This document shows, one piece after another, positions 38,901 to 52,996 of a stretch of DNA of 64,000 bases. The translations under genes were made by a program, and so were the position numbers. Below the pieces are notes generated by a model. The model saw nothing but the letters and a program-made list of their open reading frames with translations, was not told where the DNA came from and ran no database searches. Source of the stretch: Intoshia linei (Eukaryota; Animalia; Orthonectida); assembly GCA_001642005.1 (NCBI GenBank), contig LWCA01000042.1, forward strand, positions 4,435-68,434. Reading direction: 5' to 3'. Within the stretch, counting starts at the first letter, position 1. Every line of letters begins with the position of its first letter.

Positions 38901-41900
38901 TTCTATGTCGATTTCACTACAGGTAGAATAATCAATGTTGTCTTTATGATTAGTGTCTTCTTCTATGGGCGGTATCAAAGAATCGATGAATTCATCGTCA
39001 CTATAATCGGTTTCATCATACGCAGGGAATTCATCTGTGACTTTTCCATCATTTTCCACAAGATTTATCACTATTTGATAAAACATGTTCTATAATTAGA
39101 ATTTTTGAAAAACAGGCCTGTCGCGTCGCAATTATAAATGTCCATAGGACTATATTTCTCTTTACTTCTAAAAAAATCTGAAAAAACTTCAAATTCATTT
39201 GTATTAACAAGACCTGCCTCACCAGTAATAACACGAGAAAGAATATTATAACGTTTTTGAAAACAGAAAAAACCATTTGAAGCTCTGAAATTGGGTTTTT
39301 TTAGCCGTTTCCCGATTTTAATAGCCATTGTTTGAATCATATTTCCTGAAATAATAAAATTTTTCGATCTCTTTCGAAAAAACCGCTCATATACTAGTTT
39401 GTCGATTTCAGCGGTTGCAAAATTAACAAACATGCGTTTGTCTTCAATCCCATCTATTTTAATCTGTTTTAAAGAGTATCTTTTCTTCTAACGTATGCAT
39501 TTTTCTATTTTCTTTTGGATTGTTACTCTTTAGCATTGTATTAGATTTTTTATTTATTATTAAAAAAAGATGTAATCGTAAAATATTATTTACCTACAGT
39601 AATAGTTATCTCGAAAAATTCAGTTTAAGTCTTAATTTAATTTCAATATAAATCTTAATCTATTATTTTGGATTAATTCGCCGGACACCAGTCGATACTA
39701 GGATACAATAATATTATGGCATCATTGCAGGTATACATGATGTTTAAAATTGTTCTAAAATAAAATAATTTTTTTTTAATTTTTGAAAAAGCTTATTCGC
39801 TAAAAAATAATTGCTGTTTACTAATAATAAAAATATATGAATACTAAAATGCTTTTTTAACCGTGAAGTCGTCACTTATTCGGATTGAAATTTTTTGTGT
39901 GTGTTAACAGGATACAACTGTACCACGTGTAAAATTTTTTAAAATCTAGGGCCGTTTTCATTAAAAAAAGAAGGGTAATTTGGGGTTTTGGCCCTGAAGA
40001 TATAATTGTTTTAATTTTAAATTTATGACAATGTTTATGATTTTAAAATCCGTATCAGAGTACATATTTTTTTAAATTCTCGAACTCATTTGATTTTCAA
40101 AAAAAGGACAATTGGGGTTTTTGACCCATAAGATATGAGTTTGGGAGGTTGAAATTTATCTTATTATATGTCCCAGAAAAAACTGTAATTGAAAAATGTG
40201 GACTTTATAAAATTCTAAGACTGGTAGTTATTTCAATAAAGTGGAACCACACAAACACACAAACAAATATTGCGTAGCATATTATATACGTAAGGATAAT
40301 TTTTTTAGACGTTTATCAATAAATTCAATCCAAAGCTAGCTTGGATAATGACATTATGCGTAGCTTTGTCCACATTTGGATCCTTAAATGGATGTATATT
40401 AGCCTCATCAAGATTATACTTCGTGGCAGCAAGGAATGGTCATATGCCTTCCTTTTTAGCTACAATTAATGTTTCTAATCGAACTCCAATCTGTTCTTTG
40501 ATATTTGTAGTAATATTAATATTATAATTTCTAATTTCTAATTTTTTATAATTGTAATTTATAAAAATGAGGATCATTATTTTTAACCTATCACTGTCTA
40601 ATGCAATTCTACGTAAAATAGTATATACTATCACCACGTCTGGAATTGTTTTTAATTTAAACTTTTATTATTTTTAAATTACTTATGTGAAAATGTATGA
40701 AAATAAAAGAATAAAGTTTTTCAAAATTATCAGTATATCATAGAATACACAGACGTGTGAAGTGAAATTGCTGTGTATACACTCCGTTTACTAATTTTAA
40801 AGACAACATGATATTGTGACATAGTTTCCTTATTTGTCAATATATTTTTTGTAAATTGACATGTCATATTAGCATGTCAATATGTTGTCATCGTAAAAAA
40901 ATATTTTTGAAAAAACTAAAATTAAAAAATATACACAAAATATCATTTTGACAGACGAAAAAATATTTAATTTGGATGGATTGATTACAGTTGATTACAA
41001 TTATTATTGGCATGATTTGCGTGAAAAAATTCCTGAAAGAGTGAAGTGAAGGTTCAGTGGAGGAGGTATTATGATTTGGGGTGCTTTCTCCAGTGGAGGT
41101 ATTAAGTGTATTGTCAAAGTTGACCGTAATATAAATTCAATCAAATACCAAAGTATTTTAGAGAAAAACCTCATCCCTATTCTTCCTACTAGCGACGAAT
41201 TGAAGAAAAATTTAGTGTTTCAACAAGATAATGCCAGTTGTCACACGTCTCGCTTAACATAACGTTTTTAAATAATCATTTTACTGATATTATGGAGTGG
41301 CCTGATCTCCTCTCTCCAGATATCAAACCCATTTAAAATGTATGGGGTATCATGGTTAAACAACTCTATGCGGGAAATAAACAATATAGTCATCTAGGTG
41401 AACTACGAATAGCGCTAATTAGAATATGGCGGACCATCGCTGATACAACGTTTATTAAACTGGCAAACTCAATTTAAATCGTGAAATCGAAATATTGAAG
41501 GTAGGAGGGTAGCGAATTGACTATAGTTATTGTTATTGAAAACAATCATTATGTAATTTATGTAGTAATAATAATAATAAAACTTAGTGTTGTTATAATT
41601 GTGGACACGTTATTTATTGTGATTTTAACTATTTTATTAATAACTTTTTTTATTTTGGTTTTTTCAAAAATAATTTTTGACGGTTGTAATGTTGTGACGT
41701 GCTTATACTGCATGTCAATTTTCGAAAATATTTATTTATTAATAAGGAAGTTACGTCATAATATCATGTTGTCTTTAAAATTTGTGGACGGAGTGTAGTA
41801 TAGAATACACAGACAGTGAAACGGGGTTAAAAGGAAAAATTATTTTTAAATTTTTTCTATGCAAAACACTATTTGAAATCCTCCAACTTCTCTATTCCAA

Positions 41901-42683
41901 AATTTTATATTAATTATAAAAATAAAAATTTTAACCACCCCAATCTCTTGGCCCATATAAGATTACGGTCAGTCAGAGATTAGAACCACTGCATTATTCC
42001 ATTTCTAATATAAAAGTATAATATGCAATATTTAGGTGATAACCACATTAATTATGATATTTATTGGAGATGTTTATACACTGATAAACTATGCATTATT
42101 CCCAATGTCTCTTTTCTACGGTACAGCTGTTTTAGGCTTATTCAAATTGCGTAAAAAAATTAAATTAAAGGTTACTTGATAAAAATAAACATAATTAATA
42201 TATAAATAATCTTAGGTGCATATATCGATCCCAACCATATTCGTAATTGTATCCTTATTCTTGATAATCGTACCATTGATCACAGTGCCTTATGTAACAT
42301 TTGTTGCCTTGTGTATTATTATCTCTGGACTGCCAATTTATTTTATATCCACAAAAATAAAAAAAGAATCAACACTGAACAATTATATCGGTATTATATG
42401 TTTATCATTGTATATTATCAATGGTTCTCAACTTTTTACGAATTATGCCACGTGGTCCAACAAAAAAATTTTTTTTGTTTTTATTAAGTAATTTTGTATA
42501 TAAGACACATGGCATGAATCTGCAATGCAAGAAATGTAAAATTAAAAAAATTTAACAGGTAATTCAGATAAAATCTGAAAAAACGTTTCATATAATTATT
42601 TTATTTTATAATTTAAAAATTTAGATAAAGTCACTATAATTTTCCAAAAATTACTCTACTCTGTAGAATCAAAAAATAAATAA
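35943..42683 (+). CDS. SLC7 heteromeric amino-acid transporter light chain (LAT/y+LAT/b0,+AT-like), ~10 exons
   Basis: [81 protein letters not shown] and STFGSLNG..SSRLYFVAARNGHMP. Exact paralogue not assignable. Confidence 0.9.
37927..38580 (+). mobile_element. Helitron-family copy (partial)
   Basis: Family body motifs (aaattaccctttg, gatacagt..atatcc..acacacaaaa). Confidence 0.7.
38646..39540 (-). mobile_element. pogo/Tigger transposon remnant, internally deleted
   Basis: TA|CAGTCAGACCTC end. Translation ISGNMIQTMAIKI..FRASNGF..FQKRYNI..GEAG..YSPMDIYNCDATGLFFK (Tigger HTH plus first catalytic D) and an acidic C-terminal tail. Confidence 0.85.
39810..40296 (-). mobile_element. Helitron-family copy with intact 5' end
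   Basis: Reverse complement reads A|TCCTTACGTATATAATATGCTACGC. It ends ~11 nt before an SLC7 splice acceptor. Confidence 0.8.
40780..41795 (+). mobile_element. Tc3-like transposon with long (~150 bp) TIRs, internally deleted
   Basis: TA|cactccg...cggagtg|TA with extended inverted similarity. Translation TDEKIFNLDG..YYWHDLR, GGGIMIWGAFS, FQQDNASCH, SPDIKPI*NVWG. Confidence 0.9.
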
Positions 42684-43110
42684 ATAAAAAAATATTAAAT
42701 ACAAATGTATTTATATAAATTGTTTAAATAATAATTATATACATGTATAATGAAATTAATAAATTTTATACTAACATACATGTATACCACGTATTAATAA
42801 ATGAATTATACATAATTGATTAATCGCTTTGTCCATTCATTTTGTGTATTACATTCAATTAATCATTAGTAATGATTCATTACAAAAAGTGAAAAACTCA
42901 ACTTGAAAATATTGAGTAAAATTAAATAATTAATTATCAATTCGTAAAAACTAAAGGATAGTCAAAATAAATTATGTAAATCTAATATTTATTGATTATA
43001 AATTTTATTTGCAAACATGACAATAGATTTTAGCTAAATTTAAAAATGAAAATGTTTACTTGTTTAAAATTTATACGCCAGTAATTTGATTAAAAATTGA
43101 ACCAGAAATA

Positions 43111-46100
43111 ATGGGTTCAAGTTCTTCTAAAAGTGAAGATTTCAAATCTAATGGTACAGATAATGATAAAAAAAGTTGCAATCAAAGCGTTAAATCCGAT
43201 TCAGTCAGTTCTGTAAAAATATTTGAAGATTGCAAGATAAAAAATAAATTAAATCAGTCATCATCCGATCATGAAAAAACTCCTATAAAATTAATTTCAA
43301 ATAAAAAACATGGTATATATTATAAAATTATAAATTAATTTTTAATAATTTTTTAGAATGTCCCATATGTTTTAAAAAAGTAAATTATAAAAAAATTAAT
43401 ATACATGTTGAAATGTGTCTGAAATTGAATGCTAGTAAATATAACGGTATTTTTTTAATTTTTAATTTTTTAATTACACATATTTAATATTTAATATTAG
43501 TTGAAAATCTTAGTGAAAATGCTAATGAAGATTGTGTAGTTTGTTTTGAATCAATGAAAAAAGACGATAAAGTTGCTAGATTGCCTTGCTGGTGTATTTA
43601 TCATCAAAAGTAATAATAATAATAATTTTTATTTTTTTATTATGTATTGTTAATAGTTACGATGTGGGTTCTTAGTTTAGGTATCATGACATTATATCCA
43701 TTTGGTTTTGAGATATAATTTTTTTAATAAATGTAATTAAAATAATTATCAAATAAAAAAAAGATCAATACTATAGTGATTTTTTGACTGGAACGCGTCA
43801 AAATGTGAAATTTTTTAAAATTCAAAGACTTCATTTTAAAAAAATGTAATATAAAAAGGGTAATTTGAGTTTTGATCGTGAAACGTCAAGTTTTTGAGGT
43901 TCCGATTTATGATAATGATCATGATTTTAAAAACTACCCAGAATTTATTTTATATAATATTTTGTGACTTTTTTATTTAAAAAAAAAGTTAATTAGGGTG
44001 TTAACCATGAAGATATAAGTTTTTGTGTTTGAGATGTACGATAATGTTAATTTTAACCTATTTACATACAAGTTCTAATATAATTTTTCACAGGAGATGT
44101 TTATATCTATTTTTTAGTTTCCGAATTTGAGTACTTTAGGAGCAAAAACCAAATTTGCCCTTTTGTTTAAAAGAATTAACCCAAAAATTTCATAAATTCT
44201 GGGATATGTTTTAAAATTATTAACATTATCGTTAATCTCAGCCTCAGAAACGCATACCTTCATGGTCAAAACTACAAATTACCCTTTGTTTTAAAAATGA
44301 AACGTCTTAAAATTTTATGAAAAATAAATTTTGGAATAGTTTTTAAAATCCTAAGCATTATCATAAATTGAAACCTCAAAAAAGATAATTTTCACTATCA
44401 AAACCACAGATTACCTTTTTTTAAATGAAAACAGACCTAGAATTTAAAAAAAATATAATTGATAGTTATATCATTTTAACACACATAAAATATTTGAATC
44501 TGATAAAGTCACTCCTTCACGGTCAAAAAAGCAATTTAGTATTCATTTTTTTTATTTCGAAACTATTTTATTAACAAAATTAATTATTGTTAACGTAAAA
44601 CAAAAAATTTGAAATAATTAACGGGCCTACAATTAAAAGAAGAAGATTATTCTGATACAGCCTATTCCATTTGATATAAATACAAAATTTCAACCCCAGA
44701 AATCTACGCATGGTCAGTGAAAAATAATCCTAACTTATATAAAAGGCTAAGCGATTTTTGTATGTGTGTCTGTCTGTCTGTGCGTGTGACTTTATTGAAA
44801 TAATTACCACTCTTAGAATTTTTTAAAGACCACATTTCAATTACAGTTTTTTCCAGGACGTATAATAAGATAAATTTCAACCTCCCAATTTCACATCTTA
44901 CGGGTCAAAAACCCATGTTGTCCCTCTTTTTGAAAATCAAACGAGTTAAAGAATTTAAAAAAATATATACGCTGATGCGAATTTTAAAATCGTAAACATT
45001 GTCATAAATTTAAATTTAAAAAAATGATGTCTTCAGGGCTAAAACCACAAATTACCCTTCATTTTTTAATGAAAAAAGCCCTAGAATTTCAACAAATTTA
45101 CAGGTGATACAGTTTTATCATGTTAACACCCACAAAAAATTTCAATCCGAATAAGTGACGACTTCACGGTCAAAAAAGCATTTTAGTATTCATATTTTTT
45201 TTTCCGAAATATTTTAATAAAACAAAAAATGTGAAATAATTAAAGGTCCGAAAATTAAAAAAAATATTATTCTGATAGAGCTTATTCCAGTTGATATAAA
45301 TACTGTTTTCATATTTTATTTAAATCTCACGGATCCCAGAAATATATTTTTGGATCTCATTAGGGTTTAGGGACCCCAATCGGGAACCATTGCTCTAAGA
45401 TATATCGTTCCAACAATACATGCCTCAAATGAATGTCGCTGTAGATAATAAACGTCCTGAGTTTACATAAAAAGATAATTCTTGAAAAATATTAAATATT
45501 GGAACGTAATGAAAAACTAAAAAAAAAACATTAACAAAATGTAAATAAAATTTTTGAATATTGACCAACTCAAATATTCCCTTTATCTCACGTTGGACGC
45601 CCTCGATTACATTTAGAACGAATTATTGTAGAAATGAATATACTAATTTTAACTTTACTAAAACTATCAAACAGTTAATTATATTAATAAGTTATGTGTA
45701 CATTATTATTGTATTTACATTGTTAATTATTATTATTATTGTAATTATTTTAGTTTTGTTTACACTTTTATCTTTTATTAGTAAATGTGTGATCATTGTT
45801 TTATTTTTTCTTCATTTTTAGCTTAAAATATCTAAAAAACAAGTCTAACATAAAACTAAAAAATAATACGATATAAACAATTTTGTCTGAAATGATCCAA
45901 CATATTTGCTTAATTGTAATAAATATTGTAAATTTAACAGCATATCCTCAGGTATAATAGTAATGTCGACTTATTCAAGACAATGAAATGTTTTTATAAA
46001 TATATATTTTATTGAAAAATTAGGCAGTGACCTTTATAATTGTTTATTTCATACGATAGCCTTAAAATTTTGATTTTTTATATAAAATTTAAATTAAATT

Positions 46101-46200
46101 TAGATGTATTGACGAATGGTACATTTACCGACGCGTATGCCCTTCTCATCCTGACACAGACATGATTGAAAGAAACTACGCTGAAAACGATTCAAATTAA
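43111..46200 (+). CDS. ZNRF: ZNRF1/2-like E3 ubiquitin ligase. Exons 43111-43312, 43357-43446, 43501-43610, 46104-46200
   Basis: Myristoylation-type MGSSSS start, UBZ finger CPICFKKV..IHVEMCL, and RING-H2 CVVCFESM..VARLPCWCIYHQKCIDEWY..RVCPSHPD. Confidence 0.88.
43790..45300. mobile_element. Cluster of three nested/adjacent Helitron-family copies in ZNRF intron 3
   Basis: Minus-strand body ~43790-44090, plus-strand body ~44090-44727, and a new A|TCCTAACTTATATAA 5' end at 44728. Confidence 0.75.
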
Positions 46201-46690
46201 TAATTTTACTTGTATCATTCTTTCAATTGTTCAATACATCATTGTACATATTCTTTTGTAAATATAATACGTCTCTAATTATAATCTTAATTATAATTGA
46301 TACAACTTTAATAATTCAAATGTGGCATTTCATTTGTCTATATATTGTCTTAAATTTACATTGTTCTCAATTAAAATTTATTTATAAATCTGTTGAATAT
46401 ATTTTGCGAACGTTCACAGACTTTTGTCATTTTGATCCAATTTTTAATTATTTCTAATTAATAAATTAAATAAATAACAAGTGCGTTTTATTGAATTATA
46501 GACGAAAATTCATAATGACGAAAATGTAACAGTTATTTAAACGTTTATTTAAATTACAGATTTACACTTATTGTTTGATCATTGCGGTTGTTTGGTAACA
46601 ACTCATCTGTCTCCACCTATCACTTGTAATTTTGAAAATTCAATTCAATACCTGTTAAAAAATACAGTTACTCTTCACATTTATTTTGTA

Positions 46691-49600
46691 ATGTCCAGTA
46701 TAAAAGTTCATGCATCAGAAGACGATATTTGCTTTTCAAACTTTGAATTGGATAATTTAAAAAGGTTTCAATTTTTAATTTCAATTTTTTAATATCAAAT
46801 TTTTAGTTTATATAAATTTAAATTAAATTCTGATAATTTAAATGTTGCAAGAACTAAATACGATTCTAAAAGTCCATCAAAGAGTTCAGATGATTCCATT
46901 AAAAGTATATTTTATTTTTAAAATGTAATATTCACTCTACAAGTCCCTACTTGTACTCCACCAATTTTTTACAATGTAGAGTCTACATGATTTAACCTTT
47001 TATGGAAAAATGTATTATATTATCTGGGGGACCAAGGCATAAAATTTAGTAGAATTATATGATTTATGTGGTTACGGTTTTACTATACCAAAAATATCAA
47101 AGTCCCAATTAGGGCTCCAACTCATTTGTAGAGAGAATACTGAAAATATTCGTCAGCAATTAATTAATTCAATTAATTTATTTTTTTAGATAAATGCAAA
47201 AATTATATGGTTAAACATGTTTCCACTTTTTGTTTCAGTAAAATGGATGCAGATTTTAATGATTCTGATACTAAAAATAAATTAAAGACCATTAAGGAAA
47301 AAAATGGAATTTTAACTATGGAATGTATTATGAAATTGGAAATTGATTGTATCCAAATTGTTACAAATTCTGTAATTTTTAGAATATTTAAAAATTATTT
47401 ATTTTATACGTCAAAATGTTAACATTAGTTATTGTTACCGTTATGTCTGCATATTATTCAATTGTCTGGCTCACATGAATAGACCTTTTGTGAACTATTT
47501 TTAGAAAATAATTTTAATTTGTTTTATTTGAATCCTAGTGACTTTTTTTTTTTTAAATTAAAAATAAATTTTGATATGAAAATATGATTGATTAAAAGGT
47601 TAAAATGTGTATTTTTCTAATTTTTATTCACATGTTTAAAACTGGAACAATGGTTTTGATATTTCACCCTATTAAAGTAATAACACATTTTGAACTTATA
47701 CAAATTCTTGTAATAAAATAAAAAATCGTAATGGCTGTAAGTAATATTTTAACTATAAAGGTTAGTACATGTGTAGTTTGAAACCACTAATCAAAATTTT
47801 TTACAAATTATACAATCAATTTATTACTTTTATTTATTTTTGTTAATTTATTATGTATCAAATTTGTTTTTTCTTTTATTCGGTAAATTGTTAACTTATT
47901 TTAAGAGTCCAATTTTATTATTGATATTTCTTGTTTAAATTATTGATACATACCAGAAAATTTATAATATAGACACAATTAAAAGGAAAAATCCTTTTAG
48001 CGAAAATTATATCAATCGTCTAGGGATTTTAGTATATTGTTTAGTTTTATCTCGATTCTAGATATGTTGTATATTTTACTACATTTTGTATTATAGTCAT
48101 TTTTTTAAATTCACAATGTGACATTTTTAATTGAGTTGATGTCTGAATAAAAAATTGATTAAAGTGTCAAAAATTAAAGAAATTTTTTTTTTGTAATTAA
48201 AATGTATGTTGTACATTCAAAGGTGATTATTTAATTACTTTTAAATTGAAGTTTGAATTACTATTTTAATTATCACACCCGACACCTGATGAATCAAATA
48301 AATAAATTAAATTATAATACCGTTAGCAGAAAGTAACGATTGACAAAAATTAAGATGCTAATAAGTAAGACTAGATTGAAAGATTTCAACAGAGTTTTAG
48401 AACTATAAATTTTTCTTTAAATCTAATTTGTATCTAACTATTTTCTAAGCACTGGTGCTCCCGACTCAAATCTAAATTTAAATCTTCCAGTGAAAAATAA
48501 ACTTAAATTTTGGATAGTGTTGCAAAATTAAAATACAAGTTGTAATCCAGTTAAGACGAATTTTAATTTTTTTTTATACCTTTTTCCGCCCTGTTATAAA
48601 ATAATAATTTTCAGAAAATGAAAAAAAAATCCAAAATAATCAATTATATAGATTTCCACCAATATTTCTTTATTGGAAATGTGTAGACGTTCAATGCACA
48701 TTTTTTTTGAATTGTTAGGATTATTTACATTTTAAATTTTAATCCAACATTTGGAAAATATTGGTTAATAATATATTAAAAATTATATTTCACCAAGAAT
48801 GCGTAGATTTCTGGGGTTAAAATTTTGTATTTATATCAACTGGAATAAGCTGTATGAGAATAATTTTTTTTTTAATTATAGGACCGTTAATTATTTCAAA
48901 TTTTTTGTTAATAAAATAGTTTCGAAATAAAAAAATGATACTAAATTACTTTTTTGACAGTGAAGGCATCACTTATTCAGATTGAAATTTTTTGTGTGTG
49001 TTAATAAGATACAACTGTACCATCATTTCATTATTTTTTTTTAAATTCTAGGGCTGTTTTCATTTAAAAAAAAAGGATAATCAGGGTTTTGATCGAGAAA
49101 ATTATCTTTTTTGAGGTTATCATTGATGATAATGCTCATGGTTTTAAAAAACTATCCAAGAATTTATGTTTTATAAAATTTTAGGAAATGTTTCATTTTT
49201 AAAACAAAGGGTAATTTGTGGTTTTGACCATGAAGGACTCAAATTCTGAAAGTGAAAAATAGATATAAACACGCTCTAGAAAAACTGTATTAGAATTTGG
49301 TTTTTTTAAATTATACGATTGTTAATTTGTTAAATCAATGGTAACACACACAGACATTCATTTTTATATTAGTAAAGGAAAAAATATCATTTCAAGCCCT
49401 TTATTTAAAAATCCCCTTCTTAAAATTTTACAAAAAACTTTTAATCCAACCCTAAAAAAATCTAATTTTACCAATCCTTAAGTCTTAAGCCTTCAGTTAA
49501 GGTAAAATCTCTTTTCCTACATTTTTTTGAAAACTTAAATTTTACCAAACCTTACGAGAAAATATTCTTAATCCAACAACAAAATACAAAACTAAAATTT

Positions 49601-52600
49601 TAGCAAACATGAAGTAAAATTTCCTTTTTCCGAGTACAAGTAAAGTACTTGGTAAATTTTTAAATATCACAAACGTCATTCTACATTCAGTTTCTGTATT
49701 CAGTTTACATTTTAAAAGGCTTTGTATTTATCGCGTCAGTATTTTAGATGATTTGTAAGTAGAAATATTGAATTGTCAGTTGATATAATAGATTTTCAGT
49801 ATTTTAGGTTCCAGTTGACAAAGTGTCATTATAAATAATTGATTGTCAGTATTTAAATTAAAAACTGACAAAGTACATTTTAATATTTATACTGACAATT
49901 TTTGTTGAAAATACTGTTAAAAATAAAATACTTCCCTTTTAAAAATTAGTAAGTTATATATTTCAAAAAATTTGAAATATATAACCCTGGTTCATAGGTT
50001 TTAAAGATGAACATCTTATGTTATCACGGACCGATAATTTCACATTAAATTTTTTGCGGATGACTTAAAATTTAAATTCTAAGAAAAGTTACTAGTGATG
50101 CGACGATTCCTAAATTTTCAACTATGCTGATTCGATTCTTAAAAAAAACGATTTCGATTCCGATGCCATTCCAAATACTTTTGAATCATACTATTTGTGT
50201 GAGTCATATTTGTTTTAATTAGAAAAAAAATAAGAATAAACGAATTTATAAAACTAGAAAATAAACGACTAAGAAACATAATAAAAATGCTTAAAATTAA
50301 TTAAAGTCAGAACCAAATAATTTTAAATTATAATGTTAAAATATTAGCTTTTTACCAGTTTTACCAAACATTCTATTTGGTTTTGGAGAACAGATAAAAC
50401 CTCCAACCCTGAAAATTATTAAACTTTCAATTGAAGAAAGAGAAGATAAATATTGTTTTACAAGTAAACCAATTTCCCGAAAATTTAATTGCGTTATTAT
50501 ATTGAGCGATAATCCATATTTAATTTATTTTAATTAAAAAAAACTCAAAATTAAATGTTTTTTGCAACTAATTTTTATTTTTTTTAAAAAAGTCGTAAAA
50601 AATTATTCCAACGATTCTTTGGAATCATCGCATCACTAAAGTTTACAAAAACATTAACATTACATTGCTTTTTGCAGTCTTAGATCAAAATTAAATCTTT
50701 TCATTTTTTTCGCGCCGGCAACTACCATATTTACTTTCAATCAATAAAAAATTAAAAACCGCAGTGTTAATCTTTAAATAAAATCGCCATTTTTGACGGG
50801 TCAAAAGATTGATAATTAATTAATTTAATGATTACATCAAAACTAAAAAGGTCAATTTTATATGGGGTCAGTTTGGTATCAGCATTATCTTGTGACAATA
50901 AATATCTAGAGTAAAGGGTTAAAAAGGTACGATACAAATACAAAATTAACCTTTTATTTTAGGAAGTTTTAAGTACTATATACTATGATCAACTTATTAA
51001 TACAAAGGTTGTATCAAATACTCGAAAACTCGGATTTTCCTCAGATTTAATTTGCCTCTATGTAGCAAATGAAGAACAAGTATATTTTTGTTCATATGAA
51101 GTTCATGTTTTTGAACCATTATCCATCAAAACGTCCAAAATTATGCGAAAAATAAAAAAATTTAAAAAAGAATACACGTAAATTATTAAAATATTTATTT
51201 TAATGTAACACTACCCTTCTCAATATAATCCATGTTGATCCCATAATACACATAAAAATTTATTTTAAAAAATAATTTTTCTAATTTTTTTTGTCAAGAA
51301 TAGGGGGGACCAAAGCATAAAAAATAAGTAAAATTGGAAAATTTTTCTTTTTCCCTGTGCGATAATCATCTATATTCATCTATAAAGAACATTTACCAAA
51401 AATTTAGTCAAATTTTGGGGTTTCACTAACGTGTGACTAAGACAAAATTTTTTTCTAAAACCATCAATTATTTAGTAACATCAATTTACGTAACAAAATT
51501 AATGATAATGATCGACACGACATACAAAACACTGGTAATTTAATTTTAAAAGTTAATTTAAATTCAATTGATCAATTTGTCAGATATTATTCAATATCAA
51601 TCTGTAAAAGTAGAAAGTGATTCAGCATTGGACCAATCCAGAAATGTATAAATTAAAAAAGTAAATTATAAAAATTATAATTTTTGTAGGTTTTGCTCAA
51701 TAATTGCTTGCATGATATAGATGTATTTGTTAAACGGATTCAATCATCGATAAATTCATATGGTAAACTTTTAGAATATCAAAAATGTGATTACAAAAGA
51801 TTAACATCCCGAACCGGTAAATTTAATAAAAATGATAAAAAATTAAATTTTTTTTTTTACATAATGTATAGTATTATACAATATTCTTTAGTATCTGCAT
51901 TGGCTTTTAATGCAATACCACCAAATATTACTGATTTCACATTTATTTTTCAAAAAATGAAATTGGCCTTTTTATTATTGGTAATTAACAGTAATTACCA
52001 ATTTATTTATTTATTAATTAGACTAAACTGTTATGTAAAATAAGAAAACCTAATGTACCAGAAATTGCAAACTATATGATGAAACCGTTCCAACTAATTG
52101 TTCAAGTCAGTAGTCATTTAGGAAAAGGGGAAAATGTATATTCTAAAATCGATTGCCCGTCCTTAAATAATGAAACAATCATGCTACTAAACAGGTAAAT
52201 CTTGTCATAAACCAATCATTTACATTTATTGTAGTTGTTTGCATTCTGATGAGTACAAATTTTGGCAATCTTTGGATAAAAATTGGACATCAGTCATGTA
52301 AAATTTAAAAAATCATTTTTTTGATAAATACATTCAGACCCACTAATAAAAAATATATTCCATTATTCTTCAATGGCTACGCGCCAAAATTGGAATTGGT
52401 TCAAAATGCTATCGGGAATAGCATAGATACAGTAATTTATTAATTTTACTTTAGTTTAAAAATTAAAATATTTTAGATTTCTCAACTAGGTTTTACTAAA
52501 TATGAAGATAAAAACTTTACTTTACCCCTAAATTCATTTTTGTAATATACATTTTTTTAATTTCATTAAATTAATAACCTAGTTCTTGCAACAGCTTAAC

Positions 52601-52971
52601 TTCGCTAGAAACCAACTCAAAATATGACTCTAGCTCTAAATCTACCGAAAGCAATGCATCAAATAAAAACTTTAAAGAATCTCAACTTAAATTTATATCT
52701 AAACTTAGAAAAGATAATTATCGGTATTTTTATTATTAATTTCATTATTAAAAAATTAGTGTTTTTTACACTGTTTGTTCCTGGATACCTCAAAATAATA
52801 AGGAACTTTCTGTCAAAAAAAATGAATCCCTAAAGGTATAATAAATATCCAGTTAAAAATATATAAACTTAATTTTAGTTGATTGACAATTCAAGAAATT
52901 GGTGGAAAATGGAAAATTATAATGGTGTACCTGGATATTTACCCAAGACTATATTAAAAATTGCACATTAA
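46691..52971 (+). CDS. EPS8: EPS8-like adaptor (PTB, EGFR-binding region, SH3)
   Basis: PTB YMVKHVSTF..KLKTIKEKNGILTMECIMKL..EVHVFE; LLNNCLHDIDVFVKRIQ..PP..DFTFIFQKMKLAFLLL; SH3 NNKELSVKKNESLKLIDNSRNWWKMENYNGVPGYLPKTIL then stop. Start codon uncertain. Confidence 0.8.
48640..49378 (-). mobile_element. Helitron-family copy in EPS8 intron
   Basis: Family body, acacacagac microsatellite and 5' end (...tatattagtaaagga). Confidence 0.75.
50093..50638. mobile_element. hAT (Ac-like) MITE
   Basis: TIRs tagtgatgcga / tcgcatcacta, near-TSD aaagttac / aagtttac, and subterminal cgattc repeats. A related inverted copy lies at ~11500-11849. Confidence 0.7.
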
Positions 52972-52996
52972 TTGCAAAATAATAAATACTGTATTA

